This document shows positions 40,437 through 50,952 of a stretch of DNA of 64,000 nt, piece by piece. Positions within the stretch are counted from its first letter, which is position 1, and the number at the start of each line of letters is the position of its first letter. Made by a program: the position numbers and the translations under genes. The notes beneath the pieces were generated by a model. That model saw nothing but the letters and a program-made list of their open reading frames with translations. It had not been told where the DNA came from and made no database searches. Source of the stretch: Tolypothrix carrinoi HA7290-LM1 (GTDB lineage Bacteria; Cyanobacteriota; Cyanobacteriia; Cyanobacteriales; Nostocaceae); contig JAHHIK010000025.1 in assembly GCA_019358935.1 (NCBI GenBank), positions 15,717-79,716 of the forward strand. Direction: 5' to 3'.

Positions 40437-43400
40437 ATGAACAACGGCAAAGTGAGAATTTACGAATTATCAAAGGAATTGAATTTGGATAACAAAGAGC
40501 TACTAGCAATTTGCGACCAGCTCGATATTGCGGTCAAAAGCCATAGCAGTACAATTTCGGAAACAGAGGCAGAACAAATCCGGACAGCAGCGGAAAAACT
40601 CGCAGCTACGAATGTAATGCCAAAAAAAGAACTTACAACCAGTCATAAAGCAAATTCACCACAAATTGGTGGACCTTCCCGACCAACCGCACCCCACAAA
40701 CAACAAATTTTGGAAATTCGCAAACCCAAAATATTGAGAAACACTACCTCCAACGCCCAAGAGGCGTCAGTTGCTATTAGTACTGAATTTGCTTCTTCTG
40801 AGGCTAATCCTCCTTCACCTCCACGACCCTTCGCCACACCAGTCTCATCATCAATGAAGCCGACGGCACCAACTCGACCAATACCCAAAAATCAGTCTGA
40901 GACCCCACAAAAACCTTTTGTGACTGAAGCCGAGCAAACGCTCGATCGTACTCCAACACCAGAAAAAACAGCCGCAGAAAAACCGGAAAAACCGCCGAGA
41001 CCAAAACCGGAAAAACCGCCGAGACCGCAACTAGCAGCGCCACCCGCAAGACCACTTGCGGAAACAGCGACTTCTACAGATGGACAGCCTCTGGTGGAAG
41101 TGGGAGAGCCGATTGAAGCGCCATCGCTGACGACGACACAAAAACCGATCCTGAAGCGCGATCGCGATCAGGTAAAACCGAAAATCGCCAGACCAACAAG
41201 CGACCAGCCCGCACCAGATGCACCCCGTCCAGCAGGACGACCCACTCCCGCACCAGCCAGACCCGAGCAAAAAGGTAATAGACAAGGCGCGCCAACACCC
41301 TCAGGAGATCCGCAACGACCCACAAGACCGGTACGTCCAAGTGAAAAGCCAGTCGCAGCCTCACTGCCAGTGGCAACTCCACCAAGAGGGCTTGCAGGCG
41401 TTTCCGCAAAACAAGACCTTCCGGATGACGATCCCGTAGCACCCGATTTGCTCGACCTCAAACGCCCCACACCACCTCGCCTACTCAAAGGTGGTAAAAA
41501 GTGGCAGGAAGAGGAAATTATTGACGAAGTTAAAGAAAAAGCAGGCAAGGGAGTCACCAAAGGCAAACGAGTTAAGCCAATCCTGGATGATGAATTTGAA
41601 GAAGACTTGCTTGATGATGAAGATCCAGATTCACTTCTCACCGTTCAAGTCAGCCTTTCGATCGCTCGTCCTCCCAAACCCAAAGCAAGCCGACCTTCCT
41701 CACCTACTGTAGCTCCAACAACCAGCATCCCAACTGCTAAAGGTAGTAAAAAATCCAGCAGCCGCGATCGCGATCGCGACCGCGATCAAAAAGGCGGACG
41801 GCAGCAAGAGCAAAAGCGCGATCGTCCAGAAAAACTGGTAGTAACCGGTCCCATGACCGTGCAAGAACTGTCTGAAGCCTTAGCAATTGCCGATACAGAG
41901 ATTGTGAAAATCCTGTTCATGAAAGGCATGGCGGTAAGCATCACCCAAAACCTGGATATTCCCACCATTACCCTAATCGCAACCGAGCTAGAAGTACCAG
42001 TCGAAACCGCCGAACTAGAATCCGAGGCAATCAAAGTCACGGAAATGATCGAAGCGGCAGACTTGGAAAACCTCGTGCGCCGTCCGCCAGTTGTGACAAT
42101 TATGGGTCACGTAGACCACGGCAAAACTACCCTGCTCGACTCGATTCGCAAAACCAAAGTGGCAGCCGGCGAAGCTGGTGGTATTACCCAACACATCGGT
42201 GCTTACCACGTCGATGTCGAACATGAAGGCAAGATGCAGCAAATCGTCTTCCTTGACACCCCCGGTCACGAAGCTTTTACAGCTATGCGGGCACGAGGAG
42301 CGCGGGTGACAGACATTGCTGTGTTAGTAGTAGCAGCAGATGATGGCGTTCGTCCCCAAACCATTGAAGCTATTAGACATGCCCAAGCCGCTGAAGTGCC
42401 AATTGTCGTAGCAATTAACAAAATTGACAAAGAAGGGGCACAGCCAGAGCGGGTGAAACAAGAACTCACCCAGTATGGTTTAACCGCAGAAGATTGGGGC
42501 GGTGACACAATCATGGTTCCCGTCAGCGCCATTAAGGGCGAAAACCTAGATACGCTCTTAGAAATGATTTTGATTGTCGATGAGGTAGGCGAACTCTCTG
42601 CCAATCCAAATCGGACTGCAAAAGGAACTGTGATTGAAGCTCACCTGGATAAAGCAAAGGGAGCAGTTGCGACTTTGTTAATTCAGAATGGTACTCTCCA
42701 CGTCGGCGATATGCTCGTAGCTGGCTCTGCCTTTGGTAAAGTTAGAGCAATGGTCGATGACAGAGGAGCCAGAGTTGAAGCTGCAAGTCCAAGTTTTGCC
42801 GTCGAGGTGTTGGGTCTAAGTGATGTGCCAGCAGCAGGCGACGAGTTCGAGGTTTTCGAGAACGAAAAACAAGCACGCGCACTCGCCTCAGACAGAGCAG
42901 ACAAACAACGCGCCTCCCGTCTATTACAGGGACGCGTTACCCTGACAACCCTTTCCGCTCAGGCACAAGAAGGCGAGTTGAAAGAACTCAACTTGATTCT
43001 CAAAGGAGACGTACAAGGTTCTGTAGAAGCGATTGTCGGATCGCTCAAACAAATCCCGCAAAACGAAGTGCAAATTCGCATGTTATTGGCTACTGCTGGG
43101 GAAATCACCGAGACAGATATCGACTTGGCTGCCGCCAGTAACGCCGTAATCATTGGCTTCAATACCACCTTCGCCAGTGGTGCCAGACAAGCCGCCGATG
43201 AAGCTGGTGTGGATGTAAGAGAATACAACATCATCTACAAACTTCTAGAAGACATCCAGGCAGCCCTGGAAGGTCTATTAGAGCCAGAATTGGTGGAAGA
43301 ACATCTGGGGATCACCGAAGTGCGTGCCGTCTTCCCAGTGGGACGCGGTGCGGTTGCTGGTTGCTACGTGCAATCTGGCAAGCTAGTTCGCAACTGCAAA

Positions 43401-43601
43401 ATCCGAGTGCGTCGTAATAACAAAGTCATTTATGAAGGTGTTCTTGACTCCCTGAAACGGATGAAAGATGACGTTAAGGAAGTGAATGCTGGCTATGAAT
43501 GCGGTATCGGCGTTGATAAATTCAACGACTGGGCTGAAAGTGACAGCATCGAATCCTACCAAATGGTGACGAAACGCCGCACTTTGACTCCGACAAGATA
43601 A
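40437..43601 (+). CDS. infB: Translation initiation factor IF-2
   Basis: [41 protein letters not shown]. Confidence 0.98.
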   Translation: MNNGKVRIYELSKELNLDNKELLAICDQLDIAVKSHSSTISETEAEQIRTAAEKLAATNVMPKKELTTSHKANSPQIGGPSRPTAPHKQQILEIRKPKILRNTTSNAQEASVAISTEFASSEANPPSPPRPFATPVSSSMKPTAPTRPIPKNQSETPQKPFVTEAEQTLDRTPTPEKTAAEKPEKPPRPKPEKPPRPQLAAPPARPLAETATSTDGQPLVEVGEPIEAPSLTTTQKPILKRDRDQVKPKIARPTSDQPAPDAPRPAGRPTPAPARPEQKGNRQGAPTPSGDPQRPTRPVRPSEKPVAASLPVATPPRGLAGVSAKQDLPDDDPVAPDLLDLKRPTPPRLLKGGKKWQEEEIIDEVKEKAGKGVTKGKRVKPILDDEFEEDLLDDEDPDSLLTVQVSLSIARPPKPKASRPSSPTVAPTTSIPTAKGSKKSSSRDRDRDRDQKGGRQQEQKRDRPEKLVVTGPMTVQELSEALAIADTEIVKILFMKGMAVSITQNLDIPTITLIATELEVPVETAELESEAIKVTEMIEAADLENLVRRPPVVTIMGHVDHGKTTLLDSIRKTKVAAGEAGGITQHIGAYHVDVEHEGKMQQIVFLDTPGHEAFTAMRARGARVTDIAVLVVAADDGVRPQTIEAIRHAQAAEVPIVVAINKIDKEGAQPERVKQELTQYGLTAEDWGGDTIMVPVSAIKGENLDTLLEMILIVDEVGELSANPNRTAKGTVIEAHLDKAKGAVATLLIQNGTLHVGDMLVAGSAFGKVRAMVDDRGARVEAASPSFAVEVLGLSDVPAAGDEFEVFENEKQARALASDRADKQRASRLLQGRVTLTTLSAQAQEGELKELNLILKGDVQGSVEAIVGSLKQIPQNEVQIRMLLATAGEITETDIDLAAASNAVIIGFNTTFASGARQAADEAGVDVREYNIIYKLLEDIQAALEGLLEPELVEEHLGITEVRAVFPVGRGAVAGCYVQSGKLVRNCKIRVRRNNKVIYEGVLDSLKRMKDDVKEVNAGYECGIGVDKFNDWAESDSIESYQMVTKRRTLTPTR

Positions 43602-43692
43602 GGCACAAGTGCAAAATAGCTATGAGTTAGGAGTTATGAGTTATGAGTTTTTAACTCCTAACTCTCAACTCATAACTCCTAATTCTTCTACT

Positions 43693-44304
43693 ATGTCCTC
43701 ATTTCGCTCTGAACCTATTTTGTGGATTCACATCGCTGGATTGGCAACGCTGCCGATTTTTTTGCCGCTGTGTTTATTGTTTTTGGCAGTAGGCGATCGC
43801 TCACTACCAACCTGGCTAGAACTACTTATAGTTGCGGCAATTGGCATTCTACCGCTGTTGTGGATGCAGTTACGCCGCCCTTTTTATACATTTGCCCTTC
43901 TGGGAGTAGCCCTCAAGCCAGAAATCCTCTCAGAACCCCAGCGTAAAATTCTCTGTTTAGTTAATACAAAATTAAATCGCCTGCTAGCAGTTTTCGGAGC
44001 TGTATTATCAGTTTTGATATTGGTGCTGCTTTACCAAGCAACTCCCTTGGTAGCAAACATTGCTCGGCTTTTACCTCAATGGAGAGGTTTAGCATTGCTG
44101 CTTGCTGGTTTATTTTTTTTAGCGAGTAATTTATTTTTGCAAATTCCCCTGAGTGTCGCAGGAGTTTTGGTGACGAAGGAAACAGAATTTGCAGCTTTAG
44201 AACCGTTATCTTTAGAAAAGATTAAGCAGGATTTTACAATTTTAGGGGTGCGGGTTAATCAAATCTTGCCCCAGTTGACTGGCAAAGTTAAAACTGAGGA
44301 ATGA
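43693..44304 (+). CDS. Low-complexity-tail membrane protein (cyanobacterial)
   Basis: MSSFRSEPILWIH..LMQ..RPF..NLFLQIP; the upstream ORF extension is an STRR. Confidence 0.8.
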   Translation: MSSFRSEPILWIHIAGLATLPIFLPLCLLFLAVGDRSLPTWLELLIVAAIGILPLLWMQLRRPFYTFALLGVALKPEILSEPQRKILCLVNTKLNRLLAVFGAVLSVLILVLLYQATPLVANIARLLPQWRGLALLLAGLFFLASNLFLQIPLSVAGVLVTKETEFAALEPLSLEKIKQDFTILGVRVNQILPQLTGKVKTEE

Positions 44305-44310
44305 GTAATT

Positions 44311-44490
44311 ATGGCGCGAATTCAAAATAAAAGTGATGCGGAAATTTGGAATAATCTGATATCGGCGATCGCCGCTAGTTCAGGCTTCCAAAGCTGGCAA
44401 CTAGAACACGATGCTCAATTACAAGGGCTTAGGCTCGAGCAACAAGTACAGCGCTATTTGCGGGAAACTTTAGAAACTTTAGCTTACTAA
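44311..44490 (+). CDS. Small conserved cyanobacterial protein (59 aa), absent from ORF track
   Basis: MARIQNKSDAEIWNNLISAIAASSGFQSWQLEHDAQLQGLRLEQQVQRYLRETLETLAY*; GAGGA upstream; 6 bp after previous stop. Confidence 0.75.
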   Translation: MARIQNKSDAEIWNNLISAIAASSGFQSWQLEHDAQLQGLRLEQQVQRYLRETLETLAY

Positions 44491-44609
44491 GTAGCTAAGT
44501 ATAAATGAGGAGAAAAAATAATCCCAATAGCTGATTGCTAATATTACAAAGGCAATTGGCTATTTTGCGCGTGCGAAAATATATGTTAGTTTTCTAACGA
44601 AAAAAGTAC

Positions 44610-45164
44610 TTAAAAACGGAGAAAATCTGGTAGATTTTCTTGCAAGCGACGCAGTTGACGGTAGGCACTTTCTAGGCGATCACCTTCAACTTCCACCTCC
44701 GGAGTGGGATAATTTTGGATGACTTCTATAAGTGTAATTTGCCTATCTTTACTGGCAGAAACTACCAAAGCAGGCCGTAAAGCTTGTTTGTCTGCCTGAC
44801 GCGATCGCGTATGAATAACCTGAGTAAGTTGATCTAAAATCACATTACCAATCCGGCTATTTAGTACCTTATCTAAAATCACCGGGTTAATTTTCACAGG
44901 TTCAGTTAAGTACTGACGAATTGCTTGAGGGTTTTGTCTAGCCAAAGCTAAATTCACTCTTAAGGAAGTTGACAGTTTACCAGTTTGGGCAAAAGTAGAC
45001 AACTCCTCTACCGAAACTGATTCTCGGAAGATGCGATACTTCAACACCACCGATTCCGCAGCTAAAGCAGGAACACCGGAAAGTATAAAATAAATACTTA
45101 TTACTAAAACTAACCCACGATACACAGACAAAAACTGGCAACGCATTTCCCCACATTTCCCCAA
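44610..45164 (-). CDS. DUF1400 (alpha/beta hydrolase-associated) domain protein
   Basis: ALAAESVVLKY..SVSVEELSTFAQTG; LR.ALV.SA..D..ITLIEVIQNYPT. Confidence 0.8.
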   Translation of the reverse strand: MGKCGEMRCQFLSVYRGLVLVISIYFILSGVPALAAESVVLKYRIFRESVSVEELSTFAQTGKLSTSLRVNLALARQNPQAIRQYLTEPVKINPVILDKVLNSRIGNVILDQLTQVIHTRSRQADKQALRPALVVSASKDRQITLIEVIQNYPTPEVEVEGDRLESAYRQLRRLQENLPDFLRF

Positions 45165-45594
45165 GCTTGGCTGTGCTTTTAACGATAATTGCTTTTTATT
45201 AGTTGCAACATCTTCCTCACGTCATACCATTTGACTTTAGATTTGCAACAAATCGACAGCAGACGTATATTTTTATTAAAAAATATTAAGTTATTACCTT
45301 TTTAGATAATAAACTTAAACATTAAAACCTCAATAAAAGTATTGTCAAATACAATAGCTTTGAATCACAGCCCAAAAACACTACTGTAAGAGGTTTTTTG
45401 GTCAAACTTCAATTCAGCTTGACAGTTTTCAAAGTGTAACATACAACAAGATTAGCGTTGATTTTTATTCAAGAATTTGGCTGATAAGGTGCTGTTATTC
45501 CGGTATAGTTTTGCATGGGTTTTACAGCTACATGGCTGCTATCGATACCTCTTTCAACTTACCTTAATTCACTCAAATCACAGATATAAAAAAG

Positions 45595-47310
45595 ATGAAA
45601 CGTCAGGGTTTTCACAAGCCTCAATCGAAAACTTTTCGCCTTCTTTCTAGCAGTCACCCTAGATATACTCTACCCTTGCGAGCAGGACTAAGCGCCTTGA
45701 TACTGGTTTGTGCTGGGTCAATGCGATCGCCTGGTCAAGTAAATGCTAGTGCTACCCTCTTTGAAGGTATTACTCCAACTCTAACCGCGCAAGTTCCTGC
45801 AACAGCAACAGCAACAGCAATTTACGTTAACCCAGCGACCGGTGCAGACAGCGCTGCTAGCAATTCTGAAGCAACACCCTATAAAACTATCACCTTCGCC
45901 CTCAGCAAGGCTCAACCAGGTACCGTCATTCAACTCGCTGGTGGTACTTATAACAGTGAAAGTGGCGAAAAATTTCCACTATTCATTCAACAAGGTGTGA
46001 CACTACGCGGTGATGATGCCAGCAAAGGTCAGGCGATATTAATTACAGGTAGTGGTTCATATACTAGTCGCACCTTTGCCGCGCAAAACATGACAATTCG
46101 CGCTGACAAAGATTCTACCATCACTGGCGTTACAGTCACCAACCCCAATCAACGCGGTACTGGTGTGTGGGTTGAATCGACTAATCCCACAATTACAAAC
46201 AGTACATTTGTCAACAGTGGAAGAGAAGGTATTTTCGTTACGGGTACAGGTAATCCTAAAATTGAAAATAACGTCTTTACTGAAAACAAGGGCAATGGGG
46301 TTTCCGTCGCTAAATCTGCCACAGGTGAAATTCGCAATAACTTGTTTCAATCAACTGGTTTTGGTATTGCAGTTAGCGATTTGGCAACTCCTTTAATTAC
46401 TGATAATCAAATTATCCAAAACTATGGCGGCATTGTTGTCACTGGTAGCGCAAAACCCGTGCTGCGTAACAACGTAATTCAAGATAACCGAGATCACGGA
46501 TTAGTTGCACTTCAGAAATCTTCACCAGACTTGGGAACTCAGGAAAATCCTGGTAAAAACCTGATTCGCAATAACGGTAAAAAAGACCCAAAAAAGCTTT
46601 TTGACGTATTAAATGCGACCACTCAGAATACAATAGTCGCTGTTGGTAATGATATTGACCCTACCCGAATTTCTGGCAAGGTAGATTTTGTTGCTGCCAG
46701 CGTTGAACCCCCCGCAGGTGGTCAAACTGCTTTCAAAGATGTACCTGCGGGTTATTGGGCAAAAGGATACATTGAAGCTTTAGCCTCTGCGAATATTATT
46801 GCGGGCTTCCCCGATGGCAGTTTTAGACCGAATGAACCTGTAACACGCGCTCAATTTGCTACTATCGTCAATAAAGCTTTATCGCCAGCAAGCAAACGCC
46901 CAGGTATTGATTTTAAGGATCTGCAAAGCAATTTCTGGGCTTACGCAGCAATTCAATCTGCTTACCAGGGTCAATATGTGTCTGGCTATCCCGACGGTAC
47001 GTTTAAACCACAGCAGCAAATTCCTAGAGTGCAGGTGTTAGTATCCTTAGCCAACGGTCTGGGTTTAAATGCTGAGACTCAAAATGCTCTGGGTTTCTAT
47101 ACTGATGCGGCACAGATTCCCAAATATGCTACAGGTTCTGTTGCTGCGGCAACTTCCAGGCAATTAGTAATTAATTATCCTACCGTTAAGCAACTAAATC
47201 CAAATCGTGAGGCAACTAGGGCAGAAGTTGCTGCTTTTGTTTACCAAGCGCTAGTTAGTGCTGGACGCGCTCAAGCAATTCCCTCACCTTATTTGGTACA
47301 AACTCCGTAA
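45595..47310 (+). CDS. DUF1565 beta-helix protein with SLH domains
   Basis: YVNPATG.D..PYKTITFAL, GEKFP; parallel beta-helix; FPDGSFRPNEPVTRAQ, ATRAEVAA. Confidence 0.88.
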   Translation: MKRQGFHKPQSKTFRLLSSSHPRYTLPLRAGLSALILVCAGSMRSPGQVNASATLFEGITPTLTAQVPATATATAIYVNPATGADSAASNSEATPYKTITFALSKAQPGTVIQLAGGTYNSESGEKFPLFIQQGVTLRGDDASKGQAILITGSGSYTSRTFAAQNMTIRADKDSTITGVTVTNPNQRGTGVWVESTNPTITNSTFVNSGREGIFVTGTGNPKIENNVFTENKGNGVSVAKSATGEIRNNLFQSTGFGIAVSDLATPLITDNQIIQNYGGIVVTGSAKPVLRNNVIQDNRDHGLVALQKSSPDLGTQENPGKNLIRNNGKKDPKKLFDVLNATTQNTIVAVGNDIDPTRISGKVDFVAASVEPPAGGQTAFKDVPAGYWAKGYIEALASANIIAGFPDGSFRPNEPVTRAQFATIVNKALSPASKRPGIDFKDLQSNFWAYAAIQSAYQGQYVSGYPDGTFKPQQQIPRVQVLVSLANGLGLNAETQNALGFYTDAAQIPKYATGSVAAATSRQLVINYPTVKQLNPNREATRAEVAAFVYQALVSAGRAQAIPSPYLVQTP

Positions 47311-47311
47311 T

Positions 47312-47512
47312 GGGGGACAAGGGGACAAGGGGACTAGGGGACAGGGGGGACAGGGGGGACAAGGGGGACAAGGGGGACTAGGGGGAGTTTGTCTCCTCGT
47401 CTTCCTTGTCTCCACGCCAGTCGCTACAACGGAGGGAACCTCCGCAACGCGCTGGCTCCCCCTCTCCCTTGTCTCCCTTGTCTTCCTTGTCTCCCCCCTC
47501 TCCCCATCCCCC
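47312..47512. repeat. GGGGACAAG / CTTGTCTCC inverted STRR tracts with a small dispersed repeat (47414-47458)
   Basis: direct inspection. Confidence 0.8.
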
Positions 47513-47864
47513 TTGCATAAATCAAAGCGCCAAGGCTTAACAATTGTTAGGTCTTGGCGCTTTAAATATCTTGAGTTTTTTTAACTTTGGGGTCTTTAAA
47601 ATTTGGTTGACCCCATTGAAATTTATGGTTTGATATTCAGGGTCTTTATATTGGCTGACCCCGTTTGAAGTATTATTAGTTTCTACTGAAAATCTCAAGT
47701 TTTCAGATTTCCTAATAATTTCTTAATTTTTTCTGTATATATGTTTCTGATTATAGAATTATGTTAAATTAGTTAACTAAATAAGACATCTGTCACCAGA
47801 TATAAAAGGTAAATCTTGCAAAAAGGGAGAATTTCTCCCCTAAGAAGCTATTCGTTCTACTTAT

Positions 47865-48134
47865 TTATGAGCGCTTTTGCCTACGCTGTTCCCATCGCCA
47901 AAGGAATACCATTAAGGTAACGACTCCTACCTGAAGTGCTAAGTTAGGCAAAGCGCTATCAACATCGCGTCCAGCAAGCAGTTGGGAAAAAAAGACGATC
48001 GCGCCGATGAAACCAGAAGCACCACAAGCAATATATATAAATTGCCGCAAGCCGCGATAGGGGGCTGCCATTTCTGCTTTGAGACGGGCGTATTGTTCTG
48101 AGTTAACGCGATTTTTGGGATTTTGTTGTACCAT
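47865..48134 (-). CDS. DUF3493 (LPA1-like) small membrane protein
   Basis: RLKAEMAAPYRGLRQFIY..SG.IG; LPNLALQVG. Confidence 0.82.
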   Translation of the reverse strand: MVQQNPKNRVNSEQYARLKAEMAAPYRGLRQFIYIACGASGFIGAIVFFSQLLAGRDVDSALPNLALQVGVVTLMVFLWRWEQRRQKRS

Positions 48135-48168
48135 GACTTTATTAGTGTTATAATTTAGAATGGCTTTT

Positions 48169-48240
48169 GCCGATGTGGCTCAGTGGTAGAGCACTCGATT
48201 CGTAATCGAGCGGTCACGGGTTCAAATCCCGTCATCGGCT
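48169..48240 (+). tRNA. tRNA-Thr(CGT)
   Basis: GCCGATG acceptor / CATCGGC, D arm GCTCAGTGGTAGAGC, anticodon arm CTCGA-TTCGTAA-TCGAG, T arm ACGGGTTCAAATCCCGT. Confidence 0.97.
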
Positions 48241-48287
48241 TTAATAAAAGTATTGTTGAATAGTTAAAGTTTTACACATATTGTACA

Positions 48288-49703
48288 GTAAACTACCTAC
48301 ACCGACCTGAGTACAGGTACGGTGTAGGCTTTTAGTAGCCCAGAAGAGTCTGTGCTGAGATTACAGTACAAACCGTTCGAGCCTCCAGGCTGGTTTACAG
48401 ACAGCCCCAATAATGCAATCATCTTTGCTCCGTTCAAATCCGCGTCACAAGATAATTCACAATTGCCGCACTTGAACAACTTTTGCGACCGTAACCCAAT
48501 GTGTAGACATTGATGGCACGTTTGACTCGTGTAGGCAGGGGGGACGGCAACAACTTCTACGCCGTCCCTCAACCCTTTGTATTCCAAAAACATCCGCAAC
48601 TGGTAGAACGCCCACGAGTTACTTCTACGGCGCTCTGTCTTGTTTCGTGGTTTTTGATTTGTCCTTTCACGAATACCAGTTAAGTTCTCAATGGCTACAA
48701 GAGCCTGCTCGTGCTTGGCTTGCTGAATGATTGTCTTAGAAATATTGTGGTTTACCCACGATTGAAATCGTCTCTCGCGCACGGCAGTCGCTTCAAGTCG
48801 GCAAAGCCGCCCAACGCGCTGCCTCCCCGATAGCCGTACCAAGACTTGCCGACATCTACGCCGACTAGAAATGAGTGCGTGTGGAAGCTTTTTTTTGGAG
48901 AGAGGCTCTTGTCTTGCTATATTTATCTCTGGTTTCGGTTAACTGTTTCCCGCTCCACGAGTTTCCATTGCTGGTTACGGCAATGTCGCGCCGCCCAAAA
49001 TCAACCCCAATAACTTTATTGGTTGGTTGCGGATCAGGAACTTCATCTTTTAATTGAATGTGGATGTAGTACTGACCATCGCGGTGTTTACATAATTGAG
49101 CAGAAGTCGGTTTTCTGCCCTTGAGTTTGCCACGTTGATAGTTACCAGCATCTATCTTGACGTGTTCCCGACCTTCTAATGTGGTCAGGCTAACCGTCCA
49201 ATCTTTTTCCCTGAATGCAAAAATTCTGGCATCATAATCGGCAGATGTTGGCTTAAACGCCTTAACGGGTTTTCCTGCTCGTTTAGCTCTAACAGCTAGG
49301 TTGGCGCTCAACCCAAATTTGGCTCTCAAGTCTTCGTAAACAACGTTTTGAATAGTTGTCTTACTGGTTATCTGCGGCTTGATAACTTCGTTTGTGTAGT
49401 TACAAGCAGCAGCAAAAGCATGAAGAACTTTTTCTAGCTTTTCCGACTGCATTGGCATAGGGTTGAGTTTGCTTTCCTAGCGTCAGTACTTGTTCCATGA
49501 GTTCGACCTACTCACTTGTGACTATAATTATAGACTACAATTCTTCGTTTTGTGTTTCCGGAGATTGTTAAAAACTTAACTATCCCCACTCCCTCAACAA
49601 CCTACGGTTGTTATTGGTCGAGGGATGTTGCGTTTTTAACCCGCAATACAAGCTCGCCACTGAACGGAGTACCGTTACAGTGGGAGCCTCCTTGCGGAAA
49701 TAG
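48288..49703 (-). mobile_element. tnpB-only IS200/IS605-family element inserted within the Tn7-like left end
   Basis: removing it restores TGTACA|GTGACTAATT; no TSD; subterminal hairpins with TACT loops at both ends; boundaries ambiguous by 2 bp. Confidence 0.82.
48297..49498 (-). pseudogene. tnpB: RNA-guided endonuclease TnpB, frameshifted
   Basis: MEQVLTL start; VIGVDFG (RuvC-I), AIENL (RuvC-II), CHQC/CGNC zinc finger, DADLNGA (RuvC-III); frameshifts near 49475 and 48870; 45-bp repeat insertion. Confidence 0.88.
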
Positions 49704-50291
49704 GTGACTAATTATTTGTCGTCGGTAACAGATTAATGTCGTTGTGACAAATTATTGTCATAAAACTAGTAATTCGTTTCCATATGTATTGGTGACAAAT
49801 TATTGTCATCTTTTGTGAAAAGCAACAATTTTATATAGAGCTTAGATAGATTTAAATCCCTATTATAAGCTTTTGAATTCAAAAAACTCTTTAAAGCAAT
49901 CATGCAAATTTAAATATATATTGTCATTGCGAGTGTAGCGTTCGCACATGAAGGAGCCGGATAGTAGAGAAGCGTCCCGAAGGAAAGCGATCGGAAGTTC
50001 CTCAAACGTTTGTTCGATGGCTACGCGAAAGCGATCGCGCTTTAACAGCGCCAACACCAGCAAAAGTCTGTACAATTTGATTATCTAACACGGGCGCGAT
50101 GGCGAAACGCCCGCTGGAAGCGATCGCTCACAATCACAAAGGTAAAACTACGCGGTAGCAAGCGGTGAACTTTGCGGGTGAGAAACGCCATTGAGTAAGA
50201 TTTACCGCTACCTTGAGTATGCCAGAAAACTGTGTTACAGACAGCAAGAACGGGGTAGTATTATTTGTATGGATTTTTGGGGTTTGTGAAA

Positions 50292-50753
50292 ATGACAGCA
50301 CCTCAACCAATAAAATCTCTGAATTCTCCTCTTTACGACCAAGATTTTTATCTGTGGATAGAGACGACTGCAAAACAATTAAAAGAAGGCAATTTTGCTG
50401 AAGTTGATTTAGCAAATTTGATTGAAGAGATTGAATGCATGGGGAGAAGTGAAAAAAGAGCGTTAAAGAGTAATTTAGTAGTTGTTTTAATGCATTTATT
50501 GAAATATAAATATCAGCCATCTCAACGTACTAATAGTTGGTTATCTACTATATTTTAACATCGGCAGAGACTTGAAGAATGTTTAACGGAGAGTCCTAGT
50601 TTAAACAACTATTTGCCGGAAGTATTTATAAATTGTTATCAAAATGCTAGAAAACAAGCAGCTATAGAAGCTGGTTTGTCCCTTCCTACTTTTCCGGTTG
50701 AGTCTCCTTTTACTATTGATGAATGTCTGGATGAAGATTTTTTGCCAGAGTAA
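50292..50753 (+). pseudogene. DUF29 family protein with a single nonsense codon
   Basis: LYDQDFYLW, DLANLIEEIE.MGRSEKR, HLLKYKYQP; TAA at 50556-50558; the frame continues HRQRL..SPSL..FPVESPF..FLPE*. Confidence 0.85.
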
Positions 50754-50952
50754 TTCAATGTTATTTGCCAGAAGCGCGGGAGGAGTAAGTCACGGGCTTC
50801 ATTAAGGCTATTATTATATTTTTTTAAACATTCAAGCCGGACAACAATTTGTCACAATGACAAATAATGTGTCACTGTACACATATTGTCGCGCTCAGTT
50901 GCGCCGTCAGATTAAAAGGGGTTATAAGAACGAAGCCGCAATTAAGCAGGCT

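Larger units (their letters stand above)
48282..50881. mobile_element. Non-autonomous mini Tn7-like element (type V-K CAST-type ends) inserted downstream of tRNA-Thr
   Basis: CATAT (48277-48281) TGTACA ... TGTACA CATAT (50882-50886); GTGACAAATTATTGTC-type sites at 49704, 49723, 49744, 49792 and inverted sites at 50840-50881. Confidence 0.88.

Noticed and set aside
48297..49498. Possible Cas12k or Cas12f gene of the CAST-like element
   Set aside because: About 400-aa TnpB layout with its own IS end hairpins, inserted into the transposon end; no array or tracrRNA.
50042..50052. TTAACAGCGCC resembling the start of a Cas12k tracrRNA
   Set aside because: Only 11 bp, on the unexpected strand, and downstream sequence does not continue the similarity.
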